From Nitriliruptoraceae bacterium (GTDB taxonomy: Bacteria; Actinomycetota; Nitriliruptoria; Nitriliruptorales; Nitriliruptoraceae), in assembly GCA_046483565.1 (NCBI GenBank), contig JAWOCZ010000066.1, forward strand, positions 1 to 46,250: a stretch of 46,250 bases of DNA. Reading direction: 5' to 3'. Position 1 is the stretch's first letter, and every line of letters begins with the position of its first letter. Below the pieces are notes generated by a model, which worked only from the letters and a program-made list of their open reading frames with translations, was not told where the DNA came from and searched no databases. Positions 16,872-25,014 of the stretch are shown here, piece after piece. Position numbers and translations under genes: made by a program.

Positions 16872-19130
16872 TCACGACTCGCTGCGTCGCACCCCGGACA
16901 TGACATCGGCGATCGGCCGCATGGTCTCGAGCCAGACCTCGTCGGCGGGCCGGCGGGCACCGCCCGGATCGAGCAGGTCCCGGAACCGGGACAGCGGGGT
17001 GAAGGCGACCTTCCCACCGACCAGCCCGCACATCGAGCTCTCGGGGGACTCCTCTTGGAGTTCGGTGAGCAGGTGGTCGACGCAACGCACGGCCAGACGC
17101 GTGCCCTGGATCCGGTCGAAGGGGCTCGGATCACCCCCCTGCTGCACGTGGCCGAGGATCGACTGTCGGACGTCGAACAGGCCGCCGCCCTCCTTCTCGA
17201 ACAGCGCCCACAGGAACGGGGTGGTGTACACCGCATCCGCACCCTCACCGCGGATGATGACACCCAGCCGCTGCCCGGCGCGGAACCGCTCGTTGAGAGC
17301 CTCGACGTCGTGCTTGAGCCGATCGAGGGTGATGCCCTCCTCGGGCGTGTACACGAACTCCGCACCCGTGGCCAGGCCCGCGCTGAGCGCGAGGTAGCCG
17401 GATTCCTTGCCCATCACCTCGATGACGAACGCGCGTGTCGAGGCCACCGCCGACTGCTTGATCTTGTCCACGTTCTCCACGATCGCGTTCAGCGCCGTGT
17501 CCGCACCGAGTGTCAACTCCGTCGCCGGCACGTCGTTGGAGATCGTGACCGGCAGGCACACGATCGGGAGCGCGAGCTCGGGGTGGTCGCCCGCCGCCTG
17601 CCGCAGCGCCTCCGCGGCCACGTAGCCGTCGAAGCTGCCGAACATCAGGATCCCGTCGATCCGATGATCGGTGACGCTCTGCGCGAGCTGCGCCAGCTCC
17701 TTCTCCGGGGGCACGTAGCGCTTGGTGCCGAGCTCGGCACCACCCGCGGACACCCAACCGCTGACCGACATCCAACCGAGCTCGTCGACCTTGCCGTCCC
17801 GCAGACCCGGGAAGCCACCCTGGATGCCGAGCACGGTGTGCCCCCGGTCCAGGATGGTGCGCACCGCCGCGCGCACGGTCGTGTTCATCCCGGGGGCCAG
17901 CCCACCACCGTGCACGATCGCGATGCGCCGGCCCGGTTGCTCGCCGTCGCTCTGGCGGGGACGTGCGCGCACCAGGGTCCGCATGGTCTCGTAGGCCTCG
18001 ACGAAGCTCGAGCCCCGCAACTCCATGGCCTCGTCGAAGCGCTTCTCCTTGAGCAGTCCGGCGACCGCCCGGGTCCGCTCGACCGCCTCCATCAGCGGCG
18101 AGGTGACGATGCGGTTCTCGCGGATGCCGATCAGCAACGACCCGTCGGCGGCGTTGCCCGACGCCAGCTCGCAGACCGCCTGGTAGCCGCAGCGGCTGGC
18201 GAGGATCCGGTCGAAGGCACTCGGCGAACCGCCACGCTGCACGTGACCGAGGATCGTGATCCGGGTGTCCTCCCCGAGGCCCTCCGACAGGACGTCGCGG
18301 ACCCGCTCGGAGGTGATGCTGACCCCGTACCGATCGCGAGCCCCCTCGGCGACGACCACGATGTTCTGACGCCGGCCGATCCGCCGACCATCCTCGACCG
18401 TGCGCCGGAGCGCCTCCTCCCAGCTGGCGGTCTGCGGCGGCCGCTCGGGGATGAAGATCCACTGGGCGCCGGTCGCGAGCCCCGCCATCAGCGCGAGGTA
18501 GCCGCAGTTGCGTCCCATGACCTCGATCACGAAGGAGCGCTGGTGGGAGGCGGCGGTCGAGTGCAGGGCGTCGATCGCCTCGGTGATGCGGTGCAGGGCG
18601 GTGTCGGCACCGACGGTCATGTCGGTACCGAACATGTCGTTGTCGATCGATCCCACGATGCCGACCAGCTGCAGCTGCGGGTGGGCGTCGAGCTGCTCCT
18701 GCTCCAGCTCACCGGACTCGACGAGCTCCGCGAGCAGCTCCGACCACTCGCTGGACAGCAGGTTCGCCCCGGTCAGGGAGCCGTCGCCGCCGATCACGAC
18801 CAGGGCCTCGATGTCGCGGGTCACCAGGTTGCGTGCCGCCTTGCGCCGGCCGTCCCGGGTCCGGAACTCCTCGCTGCGGGCGGTGCCGATCACCGTGCCG
18901 CCCTGGTGCAGGATGCCGCCGACGTGGTGGGACTCGGCCGCGACGATGGCCTCGCCCCCCTCGATCATCCCGGCGTAGCCCTCGTGGATCAGGTACGGCT
19001 GGATCCCCACCTCGAGTGCCGTGCGGATCACGGCCCGGACGGCGGCGTTCATGCCGGCGGCATCACCGCCGCTGGTCAGCACGCCGACGCACTGCGGGCG
19101 GCGCGTCCCAGGCTGGCTCGTCTCGGTCAC
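16872..19130 (-). CDS. pfkA: ATP-dependent 6-phosphofructokinase, tandem-duplicated (eukaryote-type) architecture, about 752 aa
   Basis: Two PFK halves. The N-half has GVLTSGGDAAGMNAAVR, IGGDGS, GSIDNDM and ILGHVQRGG. The C-half has AIVHGGGLAPGMNTTVR, TISNDVP and ILGHVQQGGDPSPFDR. GTG at 19130 with GGAGGA upstream. Confidence 0.9.
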   Translation of the reverse strand: MTETSQPGTRRPQCVGVLTSGGDAAGMNAAVRAVIRTALEVGIQPYLIHEGYAGMIEGGEAIVAAESHHVGGILHQGGTVIGTARSEEFRTRDGRRKAARNLVTRDIEALVVIGGDGSLTGANLLSSEWSELLAELVESGELEQEQLDAHPQLQLVGIVGSIDNDMFGTDMTVGADTALHRITEAIDALHSTAASHQRSFVIEVMGRNCGYLALMAGLATGAQWIFIPERPPQTASWEEALRRTVEDGRRIGRRQNIVVVAEGARDRYGVSITSERVRDVLSEGLGEDTRITILGHVQRGGSPSAFDRILASRCGYQAVCELASGNAADGSLLIGIRENRIVTSPLMEAVERTRAVAGLLKEKRFDEAMELRGSSFVEAYETMRTLVRARPRQSDGEQPGRRIAIVHGGGLAPGMNTTVRAAVRTILDRGHTVLGIQGGFPGLRDGKVDELGWMSVSGWVSAGGAELGTKRYVPPEKELAQLAQSVTDHRIDGILMFGSFDGYVAAEALRQAAGDHPELALPIVCLPVTISNDVPATELTLGADTALNAIVENVDKIKQSAVASTRAFVIEVMGKESGYLALSAGLATGAEFVYTPEEGITLDRLKHDVEALNERFRAGQRLGVIIRGEGADAVYTTPFLWALFEKEGGGLFDVRQSILGHVQQGGDPSPFDRIQGTRLAVRCVDHLLTELQEESPESSMCGLVGGKVAFTPLSRFRDLLDPGGARRPADEVWLETMRPIADVMSGVRRSES

Positions 19131-19226
19131 CGGGATCCTCCGGGTCGTGGTGGCGGGGCAGGCGGCTGGCCGGCTCAGGGACGACGGTAGGGCCATCGCG
19201 GTGGTCGCTGCCGGCGGAGCGTCGGA

Positions 19227-19703
19227 TCAGTCGGCGGATCGCAGCCGCTCGCGGTGCGCCGCATGGTCGGGAACCTGCCGCACGTACGACGCGGAGGTCA
19301 ACAGCGACGAGGTGATCAACAGCTCGGCCGTGGCCTGGTTCGTGGCGACGGGGACGTTCCACAGCGTCGCGATGCGCAGGAGCGCACGGACATCCGGCTC
19401 GTGCGGCTGCGCCGACAACGGGTCCCACAGGAACACGAGCAGGTCGACCTCCTGCCGGGAGAGCATCGCTCCGAGCTGCATGTCCCCACCGAGGGGACCG
19501 CTCTCCAGCCGCAGGACCTCGAGGCCGAGCTCATCGGCCAGCAGCTGGCCGGTCGTCCCGGTCGCCACGAGCCGATGGCTCGCCAACGCGCCACGGTGCT
19601 GCTGGGCCCAGGCGAGCAGATCGGCCTTGCGCAGATCGTGGGCGACCAGCGCGATCGTGCGACGCGGGAGGTGCTCGTTCATCGCTGGTTCCCCTGTGGT
19701 CAT
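19227..19703 (-). CDS. mgsA: Methylglyoxal synthase
   Basis: IALVAHDLRK, LVATGTTG and GPLGGDMQLGA motifs. The start is either the ATG at 19703 or the ATG at 19682 (GGGGAA 7 nt upstream). Confidence 0.9.
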   Translation of the reverse strand: MTTGEPAMNEHLPRRTIALVAHDLRKADLLAWAQQHRGALASHRLVATGTTGQLLADELGLEVLRLESGPLGGDMQLGAMLSRQEVDLLVFLWDPLSAQPHEPDVRALLRIATLWNVPVATNQATAELLITSSLLTSASYVRQVPDHAAHRERLRSAD

Positions 19704-19713
19704 GCTCCGCAGC

Positions 19714-20058
19714 TCACGCCCACCCGAGCTCGTGGAGGCGGTCGTCGTCGATCCCGAGGTGGTGTGCGAACTCGTGCACCACGGTCACGTACACCTCGTC
19801 GACCAGCTGGGACTCGTCCTCGACCGCCGCGCACAACGGTCGTCGGAAGATCCGTATCACGTCCGGGGTCGCTCCCGTGTAGTCCTCCCGCTCGGTCAGC
19901 GGGATCCCCTCGTACTGGCCCAGCAGGTCGGGCTCCTCCTCGTGGACGTCGTCGACGAGCACCACGACGTTGTCGAACCGCGCCCACAGCTCGTCGGGCA
20001 CGGCGTCCATTGCCTGCCCGACCAACTGCTCGAACCGGGACATCTCGACGGCATCCAT
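19714..20058 (-). CDS. Small zinc metallopeptidase-family protein (DUF1025/zincin-like, HExxH)
   Basis: 114 aa with HEFAHHLGIDDDRLHELG. ATG at 20058. The upstream part of maximal ORF 19714..20844 is Arg/Pro/Trp-rich junk. Confidence 0.8.
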   Translation of the reverse strand: MDAVEMSRFEQLVGQAMDAVPDELWARFDNVVVLVDDVHEEEPDLLGQYEGIPLTEREDYTGATPDVIRIFRRPLCAAVEDESQLVDEVYVTVVHEFAHHLGIDDDRLHELGWA

Positions 20059-20128
20059 GCCCGGGAGGCTAGGCCGTCCAGCCGGAGGACGACATCTGGC
20101 CATCCGGGTGCGGCCGGCGACGGAGCGC

Positions 20129-21295
20129 TCACGCCTCCACTGGTCGCGTGGCCAGCACCCAGCGCTCGAAGCCCGGCACGCTGAAGGCCAGTCGGCCTCG
20201 CTGCGGGGCCCAGCAGATCCCGAGGTCGAGGAGCGACCTGCGGGCCGGCGACGCCGCCTGGTGGGTGATGTCGACCACCTCGAGCAGGTCGCCCATCGCC
20301 GCCTCACCACCCTGCTCGGCGAGCGCCTGGACCAGCAGCTGGGCCCGACCCGAGGGCACCCGACGCCACCGCGTGGCGTAGAAGTCGTCCACGCGGACGC
20401 GCACCCGTGCCCCGGCAGCTCGTGCCACCGGGAGCTCGATCCGCTCGGCGTCGGTCGCCAGGTCCCAGAGGGCCTCACCCCACAGCTGGACGAACCAGGG
20501 GTACCCACCGGACGCATCGTGCACCGCGTCGACAACGGCGGCATCGACCGTCGTACCGGCGACCCGGTCGAACGGCCGCCGGATCGCCTCCGCCGTCCCG
20601 GCTCGGTCCAGCAGCCCCAGATCGACCCGCGCCAGCCGCTCGGTGTAGGTCTGTCCCTCGTCGAACAGGTTCTCGGCCGCGGTCGGCAACCCGGACAGCA
20701 GCACACCGACCGGCCGGTCGTCCTGGGCGGCCGCGTGCGCGGCTCGCAGCAGCGGACCGAGCAGCACGTCGCCAGCCTCGTGGACCTCGTCGATCGTGAG
20801 CAGCACCCCACGCCGGATCCGGCCGGCGAGTTCCGCGAGATCACCGATCAGCGCCTCGAAACGCTGGGCATCCGCGCGGCCCACCAGCTGCGGTCCCTCG
20901 GGGCCGGGACGCACCGTTGCCAGAGCGGCCAGGCTGGTCGCGGGCGCCCCGGCCACCAGCTCCTCGATCCCACGGAAGACCACCGAGGTGGCACGGGCGA
21001 GCTCGGCGTCGTCACGGTCCGCTTCCACGTGGATCGTCGCCAGTCCCAGTTCACGCGCCCGTTGCCGCACGTAGGCCAGCAGCGCGGTCTTGCCGACGCC
21101 ACGGACGCCTCGGTACAGGACGAACTCCGGAGCCACGGTGGCGGTCAGCTGTTCGACGACGATCCGAGCCCGCAGCAGCGCTTCTTCGCGCCCACCGAAG
21201 TCCGGTGGGATGCGGCCCATCCCGGGCCGGAAGGGGTTCGCCGCCGCGGCCAGCACCCCACCATCGACGCTCAGGTCCTCGAAGGGGTTGGGCAC
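20129..21295 (-). CDS. AAA-type P-loop ATPase (Orc1/Cdc6-like, AAA_16/archaeal-ATPase-like) with a probable winged-helix C-terminus
   Basis: NPFRPG...PPDFGGREEAL N-terminal signature, Walker A GVRGVGKTALL and Walker B LLTIDEVHEA. GTG at 21295 with GGGGAG upstream. The upstream 224 codons of the maximal ORF look non-coding. Confidence 0.75.
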   Translation of the reverse strand: MPNPFEDLSVDGGVLAAAANPFRPGMGRIPPDFGGREEALLRARIVVEQLTATVAPEFVLYRGVRGVGKTALLAYVRQRARELGLATIHVEADRDDAELARATSVVFRGIEELVAGAPATSLAALATVRPGPEGPQLVGRADAQRFEALIGDLAELAGRIRRGVLLTIDEVHEAGDVLLGPLLRAAHAAAQDDRPVGVLLSGLPTAAENLFDEGQTYTERLARVDLGLLDRAGTAEAIRRPFDRVAGTTVDAAVVDAVHDASGGYPWFVQLWGEALWDLATDAERIELPVARAAGARVRVRVDDFYATRWRRVPSGRAQLLVQALAEQGGEAAMGDLLEVVDITHQAASPARRSLLDLGICWAPQRGRLAFSVPGFERWVLATRPVEA

Positions 21296-21379
21296 CCGTC
21301 TCCCCACGGCTCGGGAGGCGCTGATGCTACTGCGCCGCGGACCCGGATCCCGGAGCCGGCACCGGGCGGGAGTCGTGCC

Positions 21380-21416
21380 CGGACGTGCGCGCGCTCTGCA
21401 CCGGCGGACGTGCGCG
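21380..21416. promoter_or_regulatory. Perfect 12-nt direct repeat cggacgtgcgcg (21380..21391 and 21405..21416, period 25 nt), 85-120 nt upstream of the ATPase start. Candidate operator.
   Basis: Read directly from the sequence. Any regulatory function is inferred. Confidence 0.3.
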
Positions 21417-21559
21417 GAGCCGAGCAGGATCTGGGGACAGCTTGGGGATGAACGGTGGACATCCTGTGACTTGCGGTATCGCGCTGGACACCGTGGAGGA
21501 CGTCCATCTACCGTGCCTCCTGCCGGTCGGGAACGGACTGCGGATCCCCGATCGGACAC

Positions 21560-22120
21560 CCGGCAACTCTGTACAGGAGCGATCGGGTGAGGTGGAGGGC
21601 GAGAGCCCGCCGCCGCGGACGCCGGAACGTGACGGCCAAGCGACGGTCGAACCCCGTCAGGGGTGAGCCACCGAGCGGAAGGCCGCGAGGCCGACCGTTG
21701 TACCACCCAGGCGCTGTACCGCCGAGGTGGAGGTGACGCCCGACGCAGCGGGTGACACCGGCGAGACGGCCGTCCGCGAGGGCGGTCGGGGCTGCGGCCC
21801 GAACGGTGTGGCCACCTCAGGGTGGTGACCCGCTCGGCGCGGCGGCGGATGACGGCGATCCCCCGCGGATCATCGCACTCGCAACGGTGAGGTACGACCG
21901 TTACCCGTGAGGGTGCGGACGTCCCACATCGAGGTGGCATCGGGCACCGTGCTCGGACATGGTGCAACGGTCACCGACGGCCGGGTCGGACCTCGCGGTC
22001 GGACCCGCCACCCGGCTCGCCGGGTGGTCGCCGACCGGATCGACCGGGACCCGCGAGGGTGTCGGAAGGATCCGTCGGTGGAGCCGATGTTCCACCAACC
22101 GAGAGGAACGGTGGAACACG
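21560..22120 (+). ncRNA. Candidate structured non-coding RNA or regulatory region inside a gene-free gap of roughly 830-940 nt. Class unknown, and strand assignment is tentative.
   Basis: No protein-like ORF in any frame. Helices: junction with outer stem 21641-21648/21693-21700 enclosing hairpins 21651-21664 and 21681-21692 (GCGA loop); 9-bp hairpin 21767-21788 (GCGA loop); 21883-21902; 22008-22027 (8 bp); 22049-22060 (GCGA loop). The GNRA loops exist only in the plus orientation. Confidence 0.3.
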
Positions 22121-22124
22121 ACGC

Positions 22125-22161
22125 GACGCCCCGGAGGTCCTGAGACGGACGCCGGGGCGTC
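22125..22161 (-). terminator. 10-bp GC-rich hairpin (GACGCCCCGG / CCGGGGCGTC, 17-nt loop) about 78 nt downstream of the TauE-family gene. Probable intrinsic terminator with no clear U-tract.
   Basis: Perfect inverted repeat 22125..22134 / 22152..22161. Confidence 0.45.
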
Positions 22162-22238
22162 CTCGTGTGCCCGCTCGTGTGCCCGGAAGTCCTCCTGTGC
22201 CCGGAAGCCCCGTGTGTCCGTCACCGGACGGACGCCCG

Positions 22239-22991
22239 TCAACCGGCCAGCACACGTCCCAGCGCTACCACGCCTCCCAGCCCCGCCCACCACAGGATGA
22301 CCACGCGGATCTGCGCCGGTGTGAGCAGCCTGAGCAACGGCCGGCTGAGCAACAGGCCCACCAGCAGCAGGATCGACAGCACGACACCCGCGAGCGCCTG
22401 GGTCGCGGTGAACGCGCCGGCGGCGGCCAACGCGAGCAGGGTGATCACGATGCCGACCGCCCAGACCACCCCGAGGGTCGGCCGCACCACGGCCGGGTCG
22501 CGCTCGCGGTACAGCAGCGCCAGTGGTGGCCCTCCGAGCGCCGTCGCGGCGCCGGTCACACCCGACACCATCCCCGCGACCAGCTCACGCCGTGGAGTGA
22601 CCTGCAGCCGCCACCCACCGGCCGCCGCCGCGACGGCTCCCAGGAGCACGACCGCCACGATCGCCGTCAGCCAACGGACATCGGCCACGAGCACGATCAC
22701 GGTGCCGATCGCGATCCCCGGGAGGCGGCCGAGCATGAGCCGGTTGGCCGACGCGCGGTCGAGGTCCGCCCGTCCCACGATCGCCATCGTCACCGAGAGC
22801 GGCAGTATCGCGACCAGCATCGCGCCGGGAAGCAGCTCCGGAGCGGTCAGCGCCAGGGCGGGGACGGTCGCGAAGGCGCCGCCGAACCCGACCGTGGACT
22901 GGGCGACGCCGCCCAGCACCGCAGCGATCACGATGAAGGTGAGGCTGAGCGGGCCGACCGCCGACAGCGTCGCCTCCAGACCAGCGAGCAC
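22239..22991 (-). CDS. TauE/SafE (TSUP) family sulfite/anion exporter-like membrane protein
   Basis: Polytopic, Gly/Ala/Leu/Val-rich with family-like segments (VGFGGAF, GAATALGGPPLALLY). GTG at 22991 has GAGAGG upstream and gives a family-typical length of about 250 aa. The maximal ORF reaches 23126. Confidence 0.75.
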   Translation of the reverse strand: MLAGLEATLSAVGPLSLTFIVIAAVLGGVAQSTVGFGGAFATVPALALTAPELLPGAMLVAILPLSVTMAIVGRADLDRASANRLMLGRLPGIAIGTVIVLVADVRWLTAIVAVVLLGAVAAAAGGWRLQVTPRRELVAGMVSGVTGAATALGGPPLALLYRERDPAVVRPTLGVVWAVGIVITLLALAAAGAFTATQALAGVVLSILLLVGLLLSRPLLRLLTPAQIRVVILWWAGLGGVVALGRVLAG

Positions 22992-23176
22992 CTCGGACTG
23001 CCTCTCGGTCGGAGCGGATCGCAGGGCACCGTAGGGCCACGCCGGCGCCGTCGTCGGCGTCACCGGCGGCGACGTCCCCTGTCGGGTAGCCGGGAGGTTA
23101 CGAGCCCCACTGGCGCTGTCCGACACGCACGATGCCCGCTAGCGTCACCGATCAACGCACCCATGGAGGAACCCAC

Positions 23177-24328
23177 GTGAGGATCGGCATCCTGACCGGC
23201 GGGGGCGACGTCCCCGGACTGAACCCGTGCATCAAGGCGGTCGTCGACCGTGTCATCGACGACGGCCACGAGGTCGTCGGCCTGCGGCGCGGCTGGGCCG
23301 GCCTGCTCGACTACGACCTCGACGACCCCGAAGGGTCGAACGAGCGCTGCGTGATCGACCTGAGCCAGGACGTGGTCCGGACCGTCGACCGCACGGGCGG
23401 CACCTTCCTGCACACCTCGCGGACCAACCCCCAGCGGGTCCGCGACAAGGAGGTCCCGCCGTTCCTGCGCGACGAGGCGCTCGGTGAGGGTCCGCACGAC
23501 TTCACCGCACACACCCTGCGGGTGCTCGACCACCTCGGCCTGGACGCGATGATCCCGATCGGCGGTGACGACACCCTCTCCTACGCGCTGCGCCTGCACG
23601 AGGAGGGCTTCCCGGTCGTCGCCATCCCGAAGACGATGGACAACGACGTCCACGGGACCGACTACTGCATCGGCTTCTCCACCGCGGTGACCCGATCGGT
23701 CGAGTTCATCCACCAGCTCAGGACCTCCACGGGCTCACATGAGCGGATCGCGGTGGTCGAGCTGTTCGGTCGGTACTCCGGCGAGACGTCGCTGATCAGC
23801 GCCTACCTCGCCTCGGTCGACCGGGCGATCATCTCCGAGGTGCCCTTCGACCCGGAACGGCTCGCGGCACTGCTCATGGAGGACAAGCGACGCAGCCCCT
23901 CCCACTACTCGATGGTGACCGTCTCGGAGGGAGCGACCTACACCGGCGGGGACATCCACCTCACCGGTGAGGAGGACGCCTTCGGGCACCGCAAGCTCGG
24001 CGGCATCGGACAGACCACCGGCGAGATGATCAAGCAGCTGACCGGCGAGGACATCATCGTCCAGCAGCTCGGCTACCTGATGCGCTCGGGACGACCGGAC
24101 TCCCTCGACCTGATGGTCGCCACCAACTTCGCCGTGATGGCCGCCGACCTCGCCGTCGACGGCGAGAAGGGCCGCATGGTTGCGCTGCGCAGCGGGACCT
24201 ACACCAACGTGCCCATCACCGTGACCGGATCCGGTGCACGCCGGGTCGACGTGGACGCGCTCTACGACGTCCAGGCCTACCGGCCGAAGGTCCGCCAGGT
24301 CGCCGGCAAGCCGATGTTCCTGTACTGA
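23177..24328 (+). CDS. 6-phosphofructokinase, single-domain, with PPi-dependent-type signature residues
   Basis: [23 protein letters not shown] instead of GGDG ([12 protein letters not shown]), and PKTMDNDV with Lys instead of Gly. GTG at 23177 with GGAGGA upstream. Confidence 0.85.
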   Translation: MRIGILTGGGDVPGLNPCIKAVVDRVIDDGHEVVGLRRGWAGLLDYDLDDPEGSNERCVIDLSQDVVRTVDRTGGTFLHTSRTNPQRVRDKEVPPFLRDEALGEGPHDFTAHTLRVLDHLGLDAMIPIGGDDTLSYALRLHEEGFPVVAIPKTMDNDVHGTDYCIGFSTAVTRSVEFIHQLRTSTGSHERIAVVELFGRYSGETSLISAYLASVDRAIISEVPFDPERLAALLMEDKRRSPSHYSMVTVSEGATYTGGDIHLTGEEDAFGHRKLGGIGQTTGEMIKQLTGEDIIVQQLGYLMRSGRPDSLDLMVATNFAVMAADLAVDGEKGRMVALRSGTYTNVPITVTGSGARRVDVDALYDVQAYRPKVRQVAGKPMFLY

Positions 24329-24444
24329 CCCCGGGGGCGCACAGATCCAGCGCGCGTCCGTTCGATCGCGCATCCGAGACCGGGCGCGCCTACGGTCGGT
24401 GCTGTCACACCACCGACGACCGACGATCAGGGAGGACACCCACC

Positions 24445-24903
24445 GTGGGACTGAGCATCCAGGACCTGGCGATCTCCAGCCGGGAGTTCACACCCGGCGG
24501 CCCGCTCGAGGACCGGCACGCCAACGACCGTGAGAACGAGGCACCGTCGTTCCTCATCGACGGCGTCCCGGACGACGCCGTGGAACTGGCCGTCGTCTGT
24601 CACGATCCCGACGCGCCGTTGCCGGACGGCTTCACGCACTGGACCCTGTACGGCATCCCGCCCGAGACCACCGAGCTCCCCCCCGACGCGGATCGGCGCT
24701 ACCGACCGGGCCCCAACGACTTCGGCAGCACCGGCTACGGCGGGCCGCAGCCACCGGAGGGTCACGGGGTGCACCACTACTACTTCTGGGTCTACGCCCT
24801 GTCGCGGAAGGTGGAGGGGACCCCGTCCCGGCGGGAGTTCCTGGACACCTACGCTGACGCCATCATCGAGCAGAACCGGGTCATCGGCACCTACGAGCGG
24901 TGA
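24445..24903 (+). CDS. YbhB/YbcL family Raf-kinase-inhibitor-like (PEBP) protein
   Basis: CHDPDAP, HWTLYGIP and GYGGPQPPEGHGVHHYYFWVYAL motifs. GTG start with GGGAGGA upstream. Confidence 0.9.
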   Translation: MGLSIQDLAISSREFTPGGPLEDRHANDRENEAPSFLIDGVPDDAVELAVVCHDPDAPLPDGFTHWTLYGIPPETTELPPDADRRYRPGPNDFGSTGYGGPQPPEGHGVHHYYFWVYALSRKVEGTPSRREFLDTYADAIIEQNRVIGTYER

Positions 24904-24912
24904 GGACGCGGC

Positions 24913-24943
24913 CGGGGCGCCGCTGCCAGGCGGCGGCGCCCGG
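24913..24943 (+). terminator. 11-bp GC hairpin immediately after the PEBP gene stop. Candidate terminator, no U-tract.
   Basis: ccggggcgccgc (24913..24923) pairs with gcggcgcccgg (24933..24943), with a 9-nt loop. Confidence 0.4.
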
Positions 24944-25014
24944 TCCACCCCGTCCCCACCCGAACGTGCCGGCACCATCCGGCCCCACATCGCTGTCTTC
25001 GGAGCCGCACGCTG

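Noticed and set aside
21385-21666. A 93-aa ORF in the long non-coding gap, considered as a possible small protein gene.
   Set aside because: By hand count, about a quarter of its codons end in A or T, far more than in the real genes here. There is no SD before the ATG and the translation has no recognisable fold or motif.
21643-21676. A tRNA-like T-arm: GACGG-TCGAACC-CCGTC followed by ...GCCACC.
   Set aside because: The loop lacks the conserved TTC (T-Psi-C) register. No complementary 5-prime acceptor strand, D-arm or anticodon arm could be found upstream. The segment also fits an alternative hairpin.
20129-21967. Maximal ORFs that extend far upstream of the real start. Affected ORFs: 2023..3603, 10441..11916, 15387..16550, 16304..17365, 19714..20844, 20129..21967, 26372..27958, 28530..30728 and 32101..34149.
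   Set aside because: The N-terminal extensions are Arg-rich junk, overlap neighbouring genes, or lack an SD. Internal ATG/GTG codons preceded by GGAGG-like motifs give family-typical protein lengths.
21560-22124. Identification of the hairpin-rich region as RNase P RNA, tmRNA, SRP RNA, 6S RNA, a group II intron domain or a cobalamin/SAM-type riboswitch.
   Set aside because: None of the signature sequences I know is present on either strand. These include GAGGAAAGTCC for RNase P, the tRNA-like GGGG...CCACCA ends of tmRNA, the B12 box, and the intron domain V consensus. I could only compare from memory, so an Rfam scan is still needed.
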